Notes under the pieces: model-generated | The model's input: the letters and a program-made list of their open reading frames with translations, nothing else | Database searches by the model: none | What the model was told of the DNA's origin: nothing | Made by a program: the position numbers and the translations under genes | Assembly: GCA_965279035.1 (NCBI GenBank) | Contig: OZ257142.1 | Span: 3,200,001 to 3,264,000, forward strand | Direction: 5' to 3' | Source of the DNA: Bacteroidia bacterium | Lineage (GTDB): Bacteria > Bacteroidota > Bacteroidia > M30B66 | DNA: 64,000 nt | Part shown: one piece after another, positions 31,419 through 40,466 of the stretch | How the letters are laid out: the number at the start of each line of letters is the position of its first letter | How positions within the stretch are numbered: position 1 is the first letter of the stretch

Positions 31419-33053
31419 ATGAGCGAATCGATTGAAGCCAACCGCAACGAAGACAAAATGAAGTTATTACTTTCTTCGATGCGCCAGAAATTGGACGTGG
31501 TGATGCAAGGTGGTGGAAAAAAGCGGATAGAGAAAGAGCACGAGAAAGGAAAAATGACTGCACGTGAACGCATTCAATTTCTTCTCGATAAAAACGCTCC
31601 TCAACTAGAAATTGGTGCTTTTGCAGGTGATGGAATGTATGCCGAACATGGAGGTTGTCCTAGTGCGGGAGTGATCGTTGTGATTGGATATGTGAAAGGG
31701 CGCCAATGCATTGTAGTTGCGAACGATGCTACTGTGAAAGCGGGCGCTTGGTTTCCTATTACTGCGAAGAAGAATTTGCGTGCCCAAGAAATTTCGATTG
31801 AAAACCGATTACCCATCATTTATTTGGTAGATAGCGCTGGTGTTTTTCTTCCTATGCAAGATGAAATTTTTCCCGATAAAGAACATTTCGGAAGAATTTT
31901 CAGGAACAATGCGGTGATGTCGTCGATGGGGATTTTGCAGATTTCTGCGGTGATGGGCAGTTGCGTTGCTGGTGGTGCTTATCTTCCGATCATGAGCGAC
32001 GAAGCCATGATTGTGAAAGAGACTGGAACTATCTTTTTAGCTGGCTCCTATTTAGTAAAAGCGGCTATTGGAGAAGACATCGACAATGAAACGCTAGGTG
32101 GTGCAACAACCCATTGCGAGATTAGTGGAGTAACGGATTATAAATGTGAGAACGATGAAGATTGCCTCACACGCATCCGAAATATTATGGATAAGGTGGG
32201 CGCTCCAGATAAAGCTGGATTTGATCGCGTTGAATCCAAGCAACCAAAGAAAGACAGCAAAGAATTGTATAGCATACTTCCCGAAACCCGTGATAAACCG
32301 TATGATATTCACGATGTGATTGATCGTTTGGTAGATGATTCGGATTTTGAAGAATACAAAGAAAAGTACGGACAGAGCATTGTTTGTGGACTAGGCCGTA
32401 TTGATGGATGGGCTGTTGGAATAGTTGCCAATCAGCGTAAAGTGGTAAAAAGCAAGAAAGGTGAAATGCAGTTTGGTGGTGTGATTTATAGTGATTCGGC
32501 CGATAAAGCAGCTCGCTTTATCATGAACTGCAATCAAAAGAAAATACCGCTTTTATTTCTTCAAGATGTAACTGGATTCATGGTTGGATCGCGATCTGAA
32601 CAAGGAGGAATTATTAAAGACGGAGCTAAAATGGTGAATGCCATGGCCAACAGTGTGGTTCCTAAATTTACGATTGTATTAGGAAACAGCTATGGTGCAG
32701 GTAATTATGCGATGTGTGGAAAAGCCTATGATCCACGGTTGATGTTAGCTTGGCCAACAGCTAAAATTGCGGTGATGGGCGGTGCTCAGGCAGCAAAAGT
32801 ACTTTTGCAAATTGAAGTGAGTTCCTTAAAAGCGAAAGGAAAACTCATCACACCGGAAGATGAAAAAGAGTTGTATGATCGGATTTTCAACCATTACGAA
32901 GAAACAACTTCCATTTATTATAGCGCCGCGCGCTTGGTGATTGATGCGATTATAGATCCTTTAGATACACGAAAAGCAATTTCAATGGGAATCGAAGCTG
33001 CGAATCATGCTCCTATTGAAAAACGTTATAATGTTGGGGTAATTCAGGTTTAA
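31419..33053 (+). CDS. Acyl-CoA carboxylase beta subunit (3-methylcrotonyl-CoA carboxylase-like)
   Basis: ANDATVKAG, LVDSAG, FPDKEHFGRIF, GSCVAGGAY, GNSYGAGNYAMCG. Confidence 0.9.
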   Translation: MSESIEANRNEDKMKLLLSSMRQKLDVVMQGGGKKRIEKEHEKGKMTARERIQFLLDKNAPQLEIGAFAGDGMYAEHGGCPSAGVIVVIGYVKGRQCIVVANDATVKAGAWFPITAKKNLRAQEISIENRLPIIYLVDSAGVFLPMQDEIFPDKEHFGRIFRNNAVMSSMGILQISAVMGSCVAGGAYLPIMSDEAMIVKETGTIFLAGSYLVKAAIGEDIDNETLGGATTHCEISGVTDYKCENDEDCLTRIRNIMDKVGAPDKAGFDRVESKQPKKDSKELYSILPETRDKPYDIHDVIDRLVDDSDFEEYKEKYGQSIVCGLGRIDGWAVGIVANQRKVVKSKKGEMQFGGVIYSDSADKAARFIMNCNQKKIPLLFLQDVTGFMVGSRSEQGGIIKDGAKMVNAMANSVVPKFTIVLGNSYGAGNYAMCGKAYDPRLMLAWPTAKIAVMGGAQAAKVLLQIEVSSLKAKGKLITPEDEKELYDRIFNHYEETTSIYYSAARLVIDAIIDPLDTRKAISMGIEAANHAPIEKRYNVGVIQV

Positions 33054-33079
33054 TGGATATCAATTAAAATTTGTAACCC

Positions 33080-34972
33080 TTAGTGAACTAACTGAATAAA
33101 ACCATTGCTCTTAATTCCATCAGGCGATACCAACACATAATAATAAACGCCCTCAATAAGGGATTCCTTGGCTTCTGAGGCTTGATCAGGCTGAAATTTC
33201 CCTGTCCAGTTATTTAAATAATTCTCTGTTCCATATACGATTTTTCCCCAGCGATCGTAAACATGGAAGGTGCTGTTATCTTTCAACCCAATAATTTGAA
33301 AGACATCATTTGATCCATCTCCATTGGGTGAAAACGTATTGGGAATAATCAATGGACACTCTTTTTCAATCTTATAATCAAAAGTCATTGTATTCGTACC
33401 ATCATTATTTGTGACACGAAGTGTTGCTGTTTTATTTCCTTGTGAATTATAACATACAGTAGGATTTTGTTCGGTAGAACTAGCTGGTTGTCCTCCAGGA
33501 AATTCCCATGACCATGACAAAGGATTACAAATACTTTTATCGGTGAACGTGACGCAGCTCAAAGGACAATCTTCGCTGATTTCAAACAATGCATTCGGCA
33601 CGGGAGAATATTTTCCACACAATTCCGAAGTGAGATAAATTAATTGAGCATCTGCCAGTTCAGGTACACTCAAAACTGGTGAAGTATTTTGGATGCTTGG
33701 TGCTTCAGTCCCCGGTGTTAGATCTCCTAAATTATGCTCATAAAAATCAACCCCCATAGTATTGCAAGGCAATTGAAAATAAGTGTCTAAGCGAATTAAT
33801 CCAGCATCACGTACACTGTTATTTCCTGAAAAATCGCCTGTAATGAGCCAACCATTGGAAGATGTTGTAACTAAACTGTAAGGATAGTTTGTATAGGGAT
33901 TTCCATAATCCAATTGCAATGGATCGCCCACGGCACTTGTTGTAGAATTAATCTTTAACCAAAAAATATTTCGATCATCAAAATTTCCAAAATCACCAGC
34001 TAATAATATATCAGAACCACGAACTGCAATTGCACGAAATTTATCGTCTTCCGACATATTGATAAGCACTTGCCCAGTATAGTTTCCAAAAACATTCACT
34101 TTCGCACAGAGTGCATCCCAACCTGAATTTTGCTTGAAAACATATCCGCTTATAAAGCAATAACCAGCAGCATCACTCACTATATCATTCAAATACACAT
34201 CATATGTATCGGTTAAAGATGAAAACCAACGTAGCTCTCCTTGAGTAGAAATGCGCATAACAAACCCATTTCTGAATGTATCATGTCCAGAATAATCACC
34301 ACAGATAACTATTTCGCCATCGGGAGAAAATGTGGCACTTTTCACTTCCAATTCTTTTTGAGGAAGGGATATTTTTTTAGAATTTATGAGATTAAAGTTT
34401 GGATCTAAGTGAGTGACATTGATATTTTCATAATTGACATTGTTATCACCCGTACTTAGCAACCACCAAGATCCATCGGAATCGTGCAAGAAGCGAGCTG
34501 ACAAATCGGATACGCTAATCTGAATAAACTTTATTTGTTGCAAAACTCCATCAGCACTCAAACGAGCAATAAATAATTGTGAGTTTTGTGAAGTTGGAAC
34601 TGCAGAACCATAAACATAATATTCACCATCATATTCCAATGCTTGACTGGTTATCATGGATTCATTATTCGAAGAATACAAATGTTGCCATTGGATTTCA
34701 CCCATGCAATCCGTTTTAATAATTCCAGCTCCAGTAATCGTGTTTAATGGAACATTGGCAGGCGAATTCAATAAGATTAAATACCCTTGATCGGATGTTT
34801 CTATTGCCCAAGTACCATAATCGCTGTTAGATAAACCATATCTTCTAAAAAACGATTTGGTTGAGCTTTGAGCACTTGCATCCACCATGAATAGCAATGC
34901 AGATAAAAAGAATATCTGGAAAGCAATTGCTGAATATCGAATCGAAAAAAAGGTTGGTAGATTACGTATCAA
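33080..34972 (-). CDS. T9SS type-B CTD secreted protein with beta-propeller-like N-terminus and PKD domain
   Basis: PKD motif FTDKS...SWSWEFPGG...QNP; C-terminal IPNTFSPNGDGSND...YDRWG...GVYYY; exact start uncertain (TTG). Confidence 0.82.
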   Translation of the reverse strand: MIRNLPTFFSIRYSAIAFQIFFLSALLFMVDASAQSSTKSFFRRYGLSNSDYGTWAIETSDQGYLILLNSPANVPLNTITGAGIIKTDCMGEIQWQHLYSSNNESMITSQALEYDGEYYVYGSAVPTSQNSQLFIARLSADGVLQQIKFIQISVSDLSARFLHDSDGSWWLLSTGDNNVNYENINVTHLDPNFNLINSKKISLPQKELEVKSATFSPDGEIVICGDYSGHDTFRNGFVMRISTQGELRWFSSLTDTYDVYLNDIVSDAAGYCFISGYVFKQNSGWDALCAKVNVFGNYTGQVLINMSEDDKFRAIAVRGSDILLAGDFGNFDDRNIFWLKINSTTSAVGDPLQLDYGNPYTNYPYSLVTTSSNGWLITGDFSGNNSVRDAGLIRLDTYFQLPCNTMGVDFYEHNLGDLTPGTEAPSIQNTSPVLSVPELADAQLIYLTSELCGKYSPVPNALFEISEDCPLSCVTFTDKSICNPLSWSWEFPGGQPASSTEQNPTVCYNSQGNKTATLRVTNNDGTNTMTFDYKIEKECPLIIPNTFSPNGDGSNDVFQIIGLKDNSTFHVYDRWGKIVYGTENYLNNWTGKFQPDQASEAKESLIEGVYYYVLVSPDGIKSNGFIQLVH

Positions 34973-35314
34973 TGGAAAATCAAATGAAGAATTGGTTGGG
35001 TATTCAACTGAAATGCAAAGTATTAAATAATTGAAAATGATTAAAATTTATTGCAATGAAAAAAACTTCAATCGATGAAGTTCGTTTTCTTTTCCGATGG
35101 AAAAATACATACTTCTTCCACAATAATTGGCATTTGAATTAGCTACTTGCAAAATTTTCCCTGTAAATCAATCATTCCTTTAGTAAATCTTAATTCTTCC
35201 TAATTTTTCATATTCAATCATCTGCATTAAAGGATTTAATATGTTCTTAAAATTTTGCGCATAATTTTCTTTTCAACTTCCCTCCTGCTTTCATTTTTCA
35301 CTGAAATTTACCCC

Positions 35315-35860
35315 ATGAAAACCACAGCGCTCATTTTAGCAAAAATCACTTTCTTCCTTTTCTGTTTTCTACTTAACGCTAATAGTATCAATGCTGAAAC
35401 AGAAAAAATAAGCGTGAATTTCGATGTCAAGAAATTCAGCCTAAATCTATCTGATCTGCCTATAACAAAGGATTTGACAATTACTAAATACATCGAAAAG
35501 TTTGGAAATACCGATAAAATTTTAGATCGAAAAAGTGGTGAACGGGTTTATTTCTATGAAAAAACAGGCATTACAATTAGTACCTATCAAGAAAAAATAA
35601 AAGGCTTAACGATTACACTCAATAGCAATGGAGATAAGAACTATGTTCAAACAGCTTTTAAAGGAGTCTTTAAATTCGGAAGTGTTGCAATAACAACATC
35701 CACCGTTAAATCGGATTTTAAAAAACTGGATGGATTCTTTACCTGTGGAATGCCGGCCATGTGTAGCTCGAAAAATAAAAAAGCGGCGATCAAAGTATTG
35801 ATTGGTTTTGCAACATCAGATCCAGCTAAAATCACTCAAATCAGTTTCATATTGAACTGA
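35315..35860 (+). CDS. Exported hypothetical protein
   Basis: Signal peptide from ATG 35315; no recognisable catalytic motif. Confidence 0.65.
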   Translation: MKTTALILAKITFFLFCFLLNANSINAETEKISVNFDVKKFSLNLSDLPITKDLTITKYIEKFGNTDKILDRKSGERVYFYEKTGITISTYQEKIKGLTITLNSNGDKNYVQTAFKGVFKFGSVAITTSTVKSDFKKLDGFFTCGMPAMCSSKNKKAAIKVLIGFATSDPAKITQISFILN

Positions 35861-35918
35861 ATATAAATCAGTACTTTATAAGATTGAATAAAAATAATCA
35901 TCCATCTGCAAAAACCTC

Positions 35919-36893
35919 ATGAACGAATCCAACGAAACACGACTGAACAAATACATCAGCGAAAGCGGACTTTGTTCCCGAAGACAAGCTGATGCATACA
36001 TTGAAAAAGGTCATGTGTTGATCAACGGACGAAAAGCGCACATTGGCGATAAAGTTCGTTCAGGTGATCGGGTGATGGTGAATGGACAGGAAATAGAAGC
36101 AAAATCGCCCGAAGAAGAAATTCTGATAGCTTTCAATAAACCGGTTGGTGTTGTGTGTACAACCGAAATCGCTATTAAAAACAACATCATTGATTACTTG
36201 AAATTCGGACAGCGTATTTTTCCGATTGGTCGTTTGGACAAGGATTCCCAAGGATTGATTTTCCTTACCAGCAATGGTGATATCGTCAATAAAATTTTAC
36301 GTGCTGGAAATCGTCACGAAAAAGAATACATCGTAACTGTCAACAAGCCAGTAACTGATGCCTTTGTAGATGGAATGAGTCACGGCGTTCCTATTTTGGG
36401 TGTTAACACACGTAAATGTGTGGTTGTAAAAGAAGCACCCTTTGTTTTTCGCATTATTTTGATTCAAGGTTTGAACCGACAAATCCGTCGCATGTGCGAG
36501 CATTTTGGGTATGAAGTAACGAAGTTGGAACGCATTCGCATTATGAATGTCAACTTAAAAAACCTCGGATTAGGAACTTGGCGTGAACTTTCGAAAGTAG
36601 AAATGGCGGGCATTTATGAGATGATTGGAGATTCTAAGGATGTTCCTGAAAAGAAAAAATCGGCCAATAAATCAACTGAGGCATCCACTCAAAATGGACA
36701 TAAAAAAAGCAGCAGCAAGCCAAGAAATTCAAATGCTAAATCAGGAACAGATCGCAAAGGAAAATCGGCAAGCGCCAAACCAGAAACAACAACCGGAGGA
36801 AGAAAAAAACGCAACAGTCCGGGACATAAGCCTTATTTTCCCGGTGCTGCGGGAAGTAAAAAAAGTTCTGGAGGTCGAAGAGGTCGTCGTTGA
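35919..36893 (+). CDS. rluF: 23S rRNA pseudouridine(2604) synthase
   Basis: S4 domain [24 protein letters not shown] catalytic Asp, [12 protein letters not shown]; basic disordered tail. Confidence 0.93.
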   Translation: MNESNETRLNKYISESGLCSRRQADAYIEKGHVLINGRKAHIGDKVRSGDRVMVNGQEIEAKSPEEEILIAFNKPVGVVCTTEIAIKNNIIDYLKFGQRIFPIGRLDKDSQGLIFLTSNGDIVNKILRAGNRHEKEYIVTVNKPVTDAFVDGMSHGVPILGVNTRKCVVVKEAPFVFRIILIQGLNRQIRRMCEHFGYEVTKLERIRIMNVNLKNLGLGTWRELSKVEMAGIYEMIGDSKDVPEKKKSANKSTEASTQNGHKKSSSKPRNSNAKSGTDRKGKSASAKPETTTGGRKKRNSPGHKPYFPGAAGSKKSSGGRRGRR

Positions 36894-36917
36894 TTTGAAA
36901 TCCTTGATTAATCATAC

Positions 36918-37706
36918 ATGTTGAAAGTAAGTATTGTTGGTGCTGGTTGGCTTGGGATTGCATTAGCAAAGTCATTGAAAAATAAGCATGTTGGTGTAGC
37001 TGTTTCTTCAACAACAACCGAAAAAGTAAAGTCTTTTATTTCAGAAGGATATCAGGCAGTTGATATTGATCTCGACAAGGCGGAAGAAATCAATCCTGAT
37101 TTTTGGGGCGACATTCTAGTATTGAGTTTTCCACCCGGTAAGAATGGAGATTATTCCAAGTATTTGAAACGAGTGGATTTTCTGCTTAAGTCAAAACCTG
37201 CAAAAGTTCAACGCATCATATTAATTAGCAGTACTTCGGTTTATCCTAAACGCGATGGTGATTGGAAAGAAGACGATGCATTTACTCCAGATACTGAATC
37301 TTCATTCCACATAATAGAAGCCGAAGAAAAAGTGCTGAGTTCCAATTGTAATTCAGTTATTTTGAGATTAGCTGGACTTGTAGGATACGAAAGAAATCCA
37401 GCACGATTTGGATCGAGTCGTTTGGCTGCAAATGAACCGGTAAACATGATTCATCGGGATGATGCGGTAGCGGCGATAGATTATTTTATTCATCACCCGG
37501 AACATCAAGGGATTTATAATCTATGCGCTGCAAATCATCCAAGCAGACTGGCGTTTTATGAAGCAGGTGCAATGGAATTGAAAGTAAAAATACCGATGTT
37601 AGAGAATTCGGAAAAACCGCTTAATCGCACAATCAATTCTGAGAAAATAAGAACTCAAACTGAATTTCAATTCTCGAAAGATGATCCTCTCCTATTTTGG
37701 AAATGA
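36918..37706 (+). CDS. NAD(P)-dependent epimerase/dehydratase family (YeeZ-like)
   Basis: GAGWLG, ISSTSVY, LRLAGLVG, VNMIHRDD. Confidence 0.85.
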   Translation: MLKVSIVGAGWLGIALAKSLKNKHVGVAVSSTTTEKVKSFISEGYQAVDIDLDKAEEINPDFWGDILVLSFPPGKNGDYSKYLKRVDFLLKSKPAKVQRIILISSTSVYPKRDGDWKEDDAFTPDTESSFHIIEAEEKVLSSNCNSVILRLAGLVGYERNPARFGSSRLAANEPVNMIHRDDAVAAIDYFIHHPEHQGIYNLCAANHPSRLAFYEAGAMELKVKIPMLENSEKPLNRTINSEKIRTQTEFQFSKDDPLLFWK

Positions 37707-37709
37707 TCC

Positions 37710-38315
37710 TTATTTTTTGATTTTTCGAAATTGATAAGCTCCTTTAACCGCTCCCCAAACTTGACGATCTTCTTTATCATATCCACGATCCCAGCTCGCT
37801 AATAATTTGGGTGTTAAAGTCACAATGGATGTTGCATACGCTGCATTGCGCATATCTGATGGACATTTCTTTTGATCCGTTCCTCCCGAAAATGATTTCT
37901 TTCCCGTTTTTTTCAATAAAACCGAACATCCTTCACGAAGCGATAATGAATCAGGAATTAGTTTCTCAACTAAATCAGCATGTCCAACAAAACGAAGTGG
38001 TGCATTTAAAGTAATTACTGCACTTTCGAAATTTCCCACACTTGGTTCTGTAATTTTATAAACGCGTTGACGATAAGGACGATCTTCTTTGCCAGCAACG
38101 GCTTGCTCAACATACATCCAAAGTGCATCGGTTCTTCCAGTCCAAATGGGTATTATTTTCAAACGAATATCAAAAAAAGCAGAATCGATTTTACTCTGAT
38201 CTTGACTGCTGTATGAACCTTGCATCATAGCAGCCAACTTTTTCAAGTCTTTAGAAAACTGTGCTTGAGAAAGCAGGGGAAATATGAGTAAAATAAGAAT
38301 AAATGCCTTTTTCAT
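37710..38315 (-). CDS. CpcT/CpeT chromophore lyase family protein with signal peptide
   Basis: YVEQA...PYRQRVY, GC-x-V, C-P-S...A-x-Y, WDRGYD...QVWG; start at ATG 38315 supported by TACTTTTG box at 38330-38337. Confidence 0.85.
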   Translation of the reverse strand: MKKAFILILLIFPLLSQAQFSKDLKKLAAMMQGSYSSQDQSKIDSAFFDIRLKIIPIWTGRTDALWMYVEQAVAGKEDRPYRQRVYKITEPSVGNFESAVITLNAPLRFVGHADLVEKLIPDSLSLREGCSVLLKKTGKKSFSGGTDQKKCPSDMRNAAYATSIVTLTPKLLASWDRGYDKEDRQVWGAVKGAYQFRKIKK

Positions 38316-38495
38316 GATGAAATTTTGAGCAAAAGTAATCATTGAAATTGATACCCAAAAAAGGCAGGCGCTTTTAAAAAATTGATTTCCACTTCATTCT
38401 TTTTTCTTTGGTTTCATAGAATTGAAGATTTAACTGTTGATAGAAAACTAGGAAGAAAGAAACCAAGAACTCTGTAACACGTATCTTCGCTAAGC

Positions 38496-39557
38496 ATGAA
38501 GAATGTCCGTAAGCATTTGAAAGAATGGGGAAAAGCTTTTTTCTGGGCTTTTCTTGTTGCATGGCTCATACGAACTTTGCTTATTCAAGGAGCATTTATT
38601 CCGAGTCAGAGCATGGAGCGGACACTACTTCCCGGTGATTTTGTGTTTATCAACAAATGGTCGTACGGTCCACGCATGCCCATTACACCGATTGCGATTC
38701 CGTTCATGCATCAGAATATGCCTTTTAGCAATTCAACGCCAGCATATCTCGATTGGGTGAGCTTGCCCTATTGGAGAATTCCGGGATTTGGTGATATCAA
38801 TCGACAAGATGTGGTGGTGTTTAATTATCCTATGGAATTGGAGCGTCCCATTGATAAACGTACCTATTTTGTAAAACGCTGTGTTGGATTACCGGGTGAT
38901 AGTTTTCAAATTCAAGAAAAACGGGTGATGATCAATGGGCAAGTGATTGAAAACAAATCCGATTTTCAATTTCTTCGACACCTAAAATGTTCAACACCAT
39001 TGGATCAAGCCTGGCTCGATTCCTTAGATGTTACCGAAGGAGGACTTGTTTCGAATATGTTAGATTATGAATTTCCTTTAACTGACTCTCTAGCTAAGTT
39101 TTTTGAAAAACATCCTTTCGTGAATACCTTATCATTACGAATGGAGCAAGCGGGAGATTATCAAGCTTATATTTTTCCACATAGTAGATCATTTCCTTGG
39201 AACAACGATTTTTGGGGACCGATTATCATTCCCGCTGAAGGACAAAAAGTGATGCTCAACGACACCAACATCGCAATTTATGAGCGAATTATTCGAGAAT
39301 ATGAGCATAATAAATTGAGTGTTTCGGGAGGAAAAATTTACATCAATGATGAAGCAACAACGAGTTATGTTTTTCAGCAGGATTATTATTTCATGATGGG
39401 TGATAATCGAGATTATTCGGCCGATTCGAGATCTTGGGGATTTGTACCACGTGATCATATCATTGGAAAAGCCTGGTTAATTTTCTTTTCTTACAACGCA
39501 TTCCGAAGCGGCACATCACATATTCGCTGGAATCGGATTTTTAAATTAATTCATTAA
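38496..39557 (+). CDS. lepB: Signal peptidase I
   Basis: IPSQSMERTL (Ser), YFVKRCVGLPGD (Lys), MMGDNRDYSADSRSWG. Confidence 0.95.
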   Translation: MKNVRKHLKEWGKAFFWAFLVAWLIRTLLIQGAFIPSQSMERTLLPGDFVFINKWSYGPRMPITPIAIPFMHQNMPFSNSTPAYLDWVSLPYWRIPGFGDINRQDVVVFNYPMELERPIDKRTYFVKRCVGLPGDSFQIQEKRVMINGQVIENKSDFQFLRHLKCSTPLDQAWLDSLDVTEGGLVSNMLDYEFPLTDSLAKFFEKHPFVNTLSLRMEQAGDYQAYIFPHSRSFPWNNDFWGPIIIPAEGQKVMLNDTNIAIYERIIREYEHNKLSVSGGKIYINDEATTSYVFQQDYYFMMGDNRDYSADSRSWGFVPRDHIIGKAWLIFFSYNAFRSGTSHIRWNRIFKLIH

Positions 39558-39564
39558 CGATTCA

Positions 39565-40227
39565 TTGAAGCCTTTTTTATTTCAACTAAACTACAGTCCA
39601 CTAGTAGATCAAATTGCATTGATGGCAAGTGGAAACAATTGCGTTTTAGAATCGCAGGAAACCTATCAAAAGCAAAGTTTTAGAAATCGTTGTTCAATTT
39701 TAACTTCACAAGGAATCTTGGATTTAGTCATACCTATTGTTCATGCAGGAGGAAATGCAATCCCAATTCAGCAAACACGTATTGATTCTTCAAAACCTTG
39801 GGCAATTCAACATTGGAAAAGCATACATACGGCTTATAATAAATCGGCCTATTTCAGTTATTACAAACATCATTTCGAAATTTTTTATCAATCAACACCT
39901 GAATTTCTGTTTCAATTTAATTTGAATATCCTCCACACTTTTTGTGAAATACTGAAAATTGATTTCCCATCATTCAATTCAAAATGGGAGGAAAATCCTG
40001 AAGATTTCATCGATTTACGTACACTTTTTCAACCCAAAAAAATCTATCCTTTCGATGCTTTTCCTTATTATCAAACATTCGAAACTTCAAAAGAATTTGA
40101 ATCTAATTTAAGTGTGTATGATTTGCTTTTTAATCTAGGACCTGATGCATTTTCCTATTTAATAAAAAGAGGAGAAAATTTGAAGATTGAAATTCAGAAG
40201 AAAAACGCTTCTCCATTCAAATCTTGA
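39565..40227 (+). CDS. WbqC family protein
   Basis: YQKQSFRNR, HWKSIHTAY, YYQTF...NLSVYDLLFNLG; conserved lepB-wbqC pairing in Bacteroidota. Confidence 0.88.
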   Translation: MKPFLFQLNYSPLVDQIALMASGNNCVLESQETYQKQSFRNRCSILTSQGILDLVIPIVHAGGNAIPIQQTRIDSSKPWAIQHWKSIHTAYNKSAYFSYYKHHFEIFYQSTPEFLFQFNLNILHTFCEILKIDFPSFNSKWEENPEDFIDLRTLFQPKKIYPFDAFPYYQTFETSKEFESNLSVYDLLFNLGPDAFSYLIKRGENLKIEIQKKNASPFKS

Positions 40228-40466
40228 TAAAATACTTACTTCAATTTATCAAACCAATTCAACTCATTTACTAATTGAATTCTAATCATTCTACCCTTTT
40301 TCAAGGCTTAAGGAATTTCATTCCAATACAAATCATCATCTTCTTACATATGTAAGGAGAATGCCCTGTTTTATTCCTCTCGAAAATCAAATATCTGTCA
40401 TTTTACACGTGTTATTTCTTCAATGAAAATCCAAATGCAAAAAGGAGAAAATGCATGTGAAATGAA

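Noticed and set aside
36640-36893. Lys/Ser/Gly-rich low-complexity tail of RluF
   Set aside because: Basic disordered C-terminal tails are usual in this family
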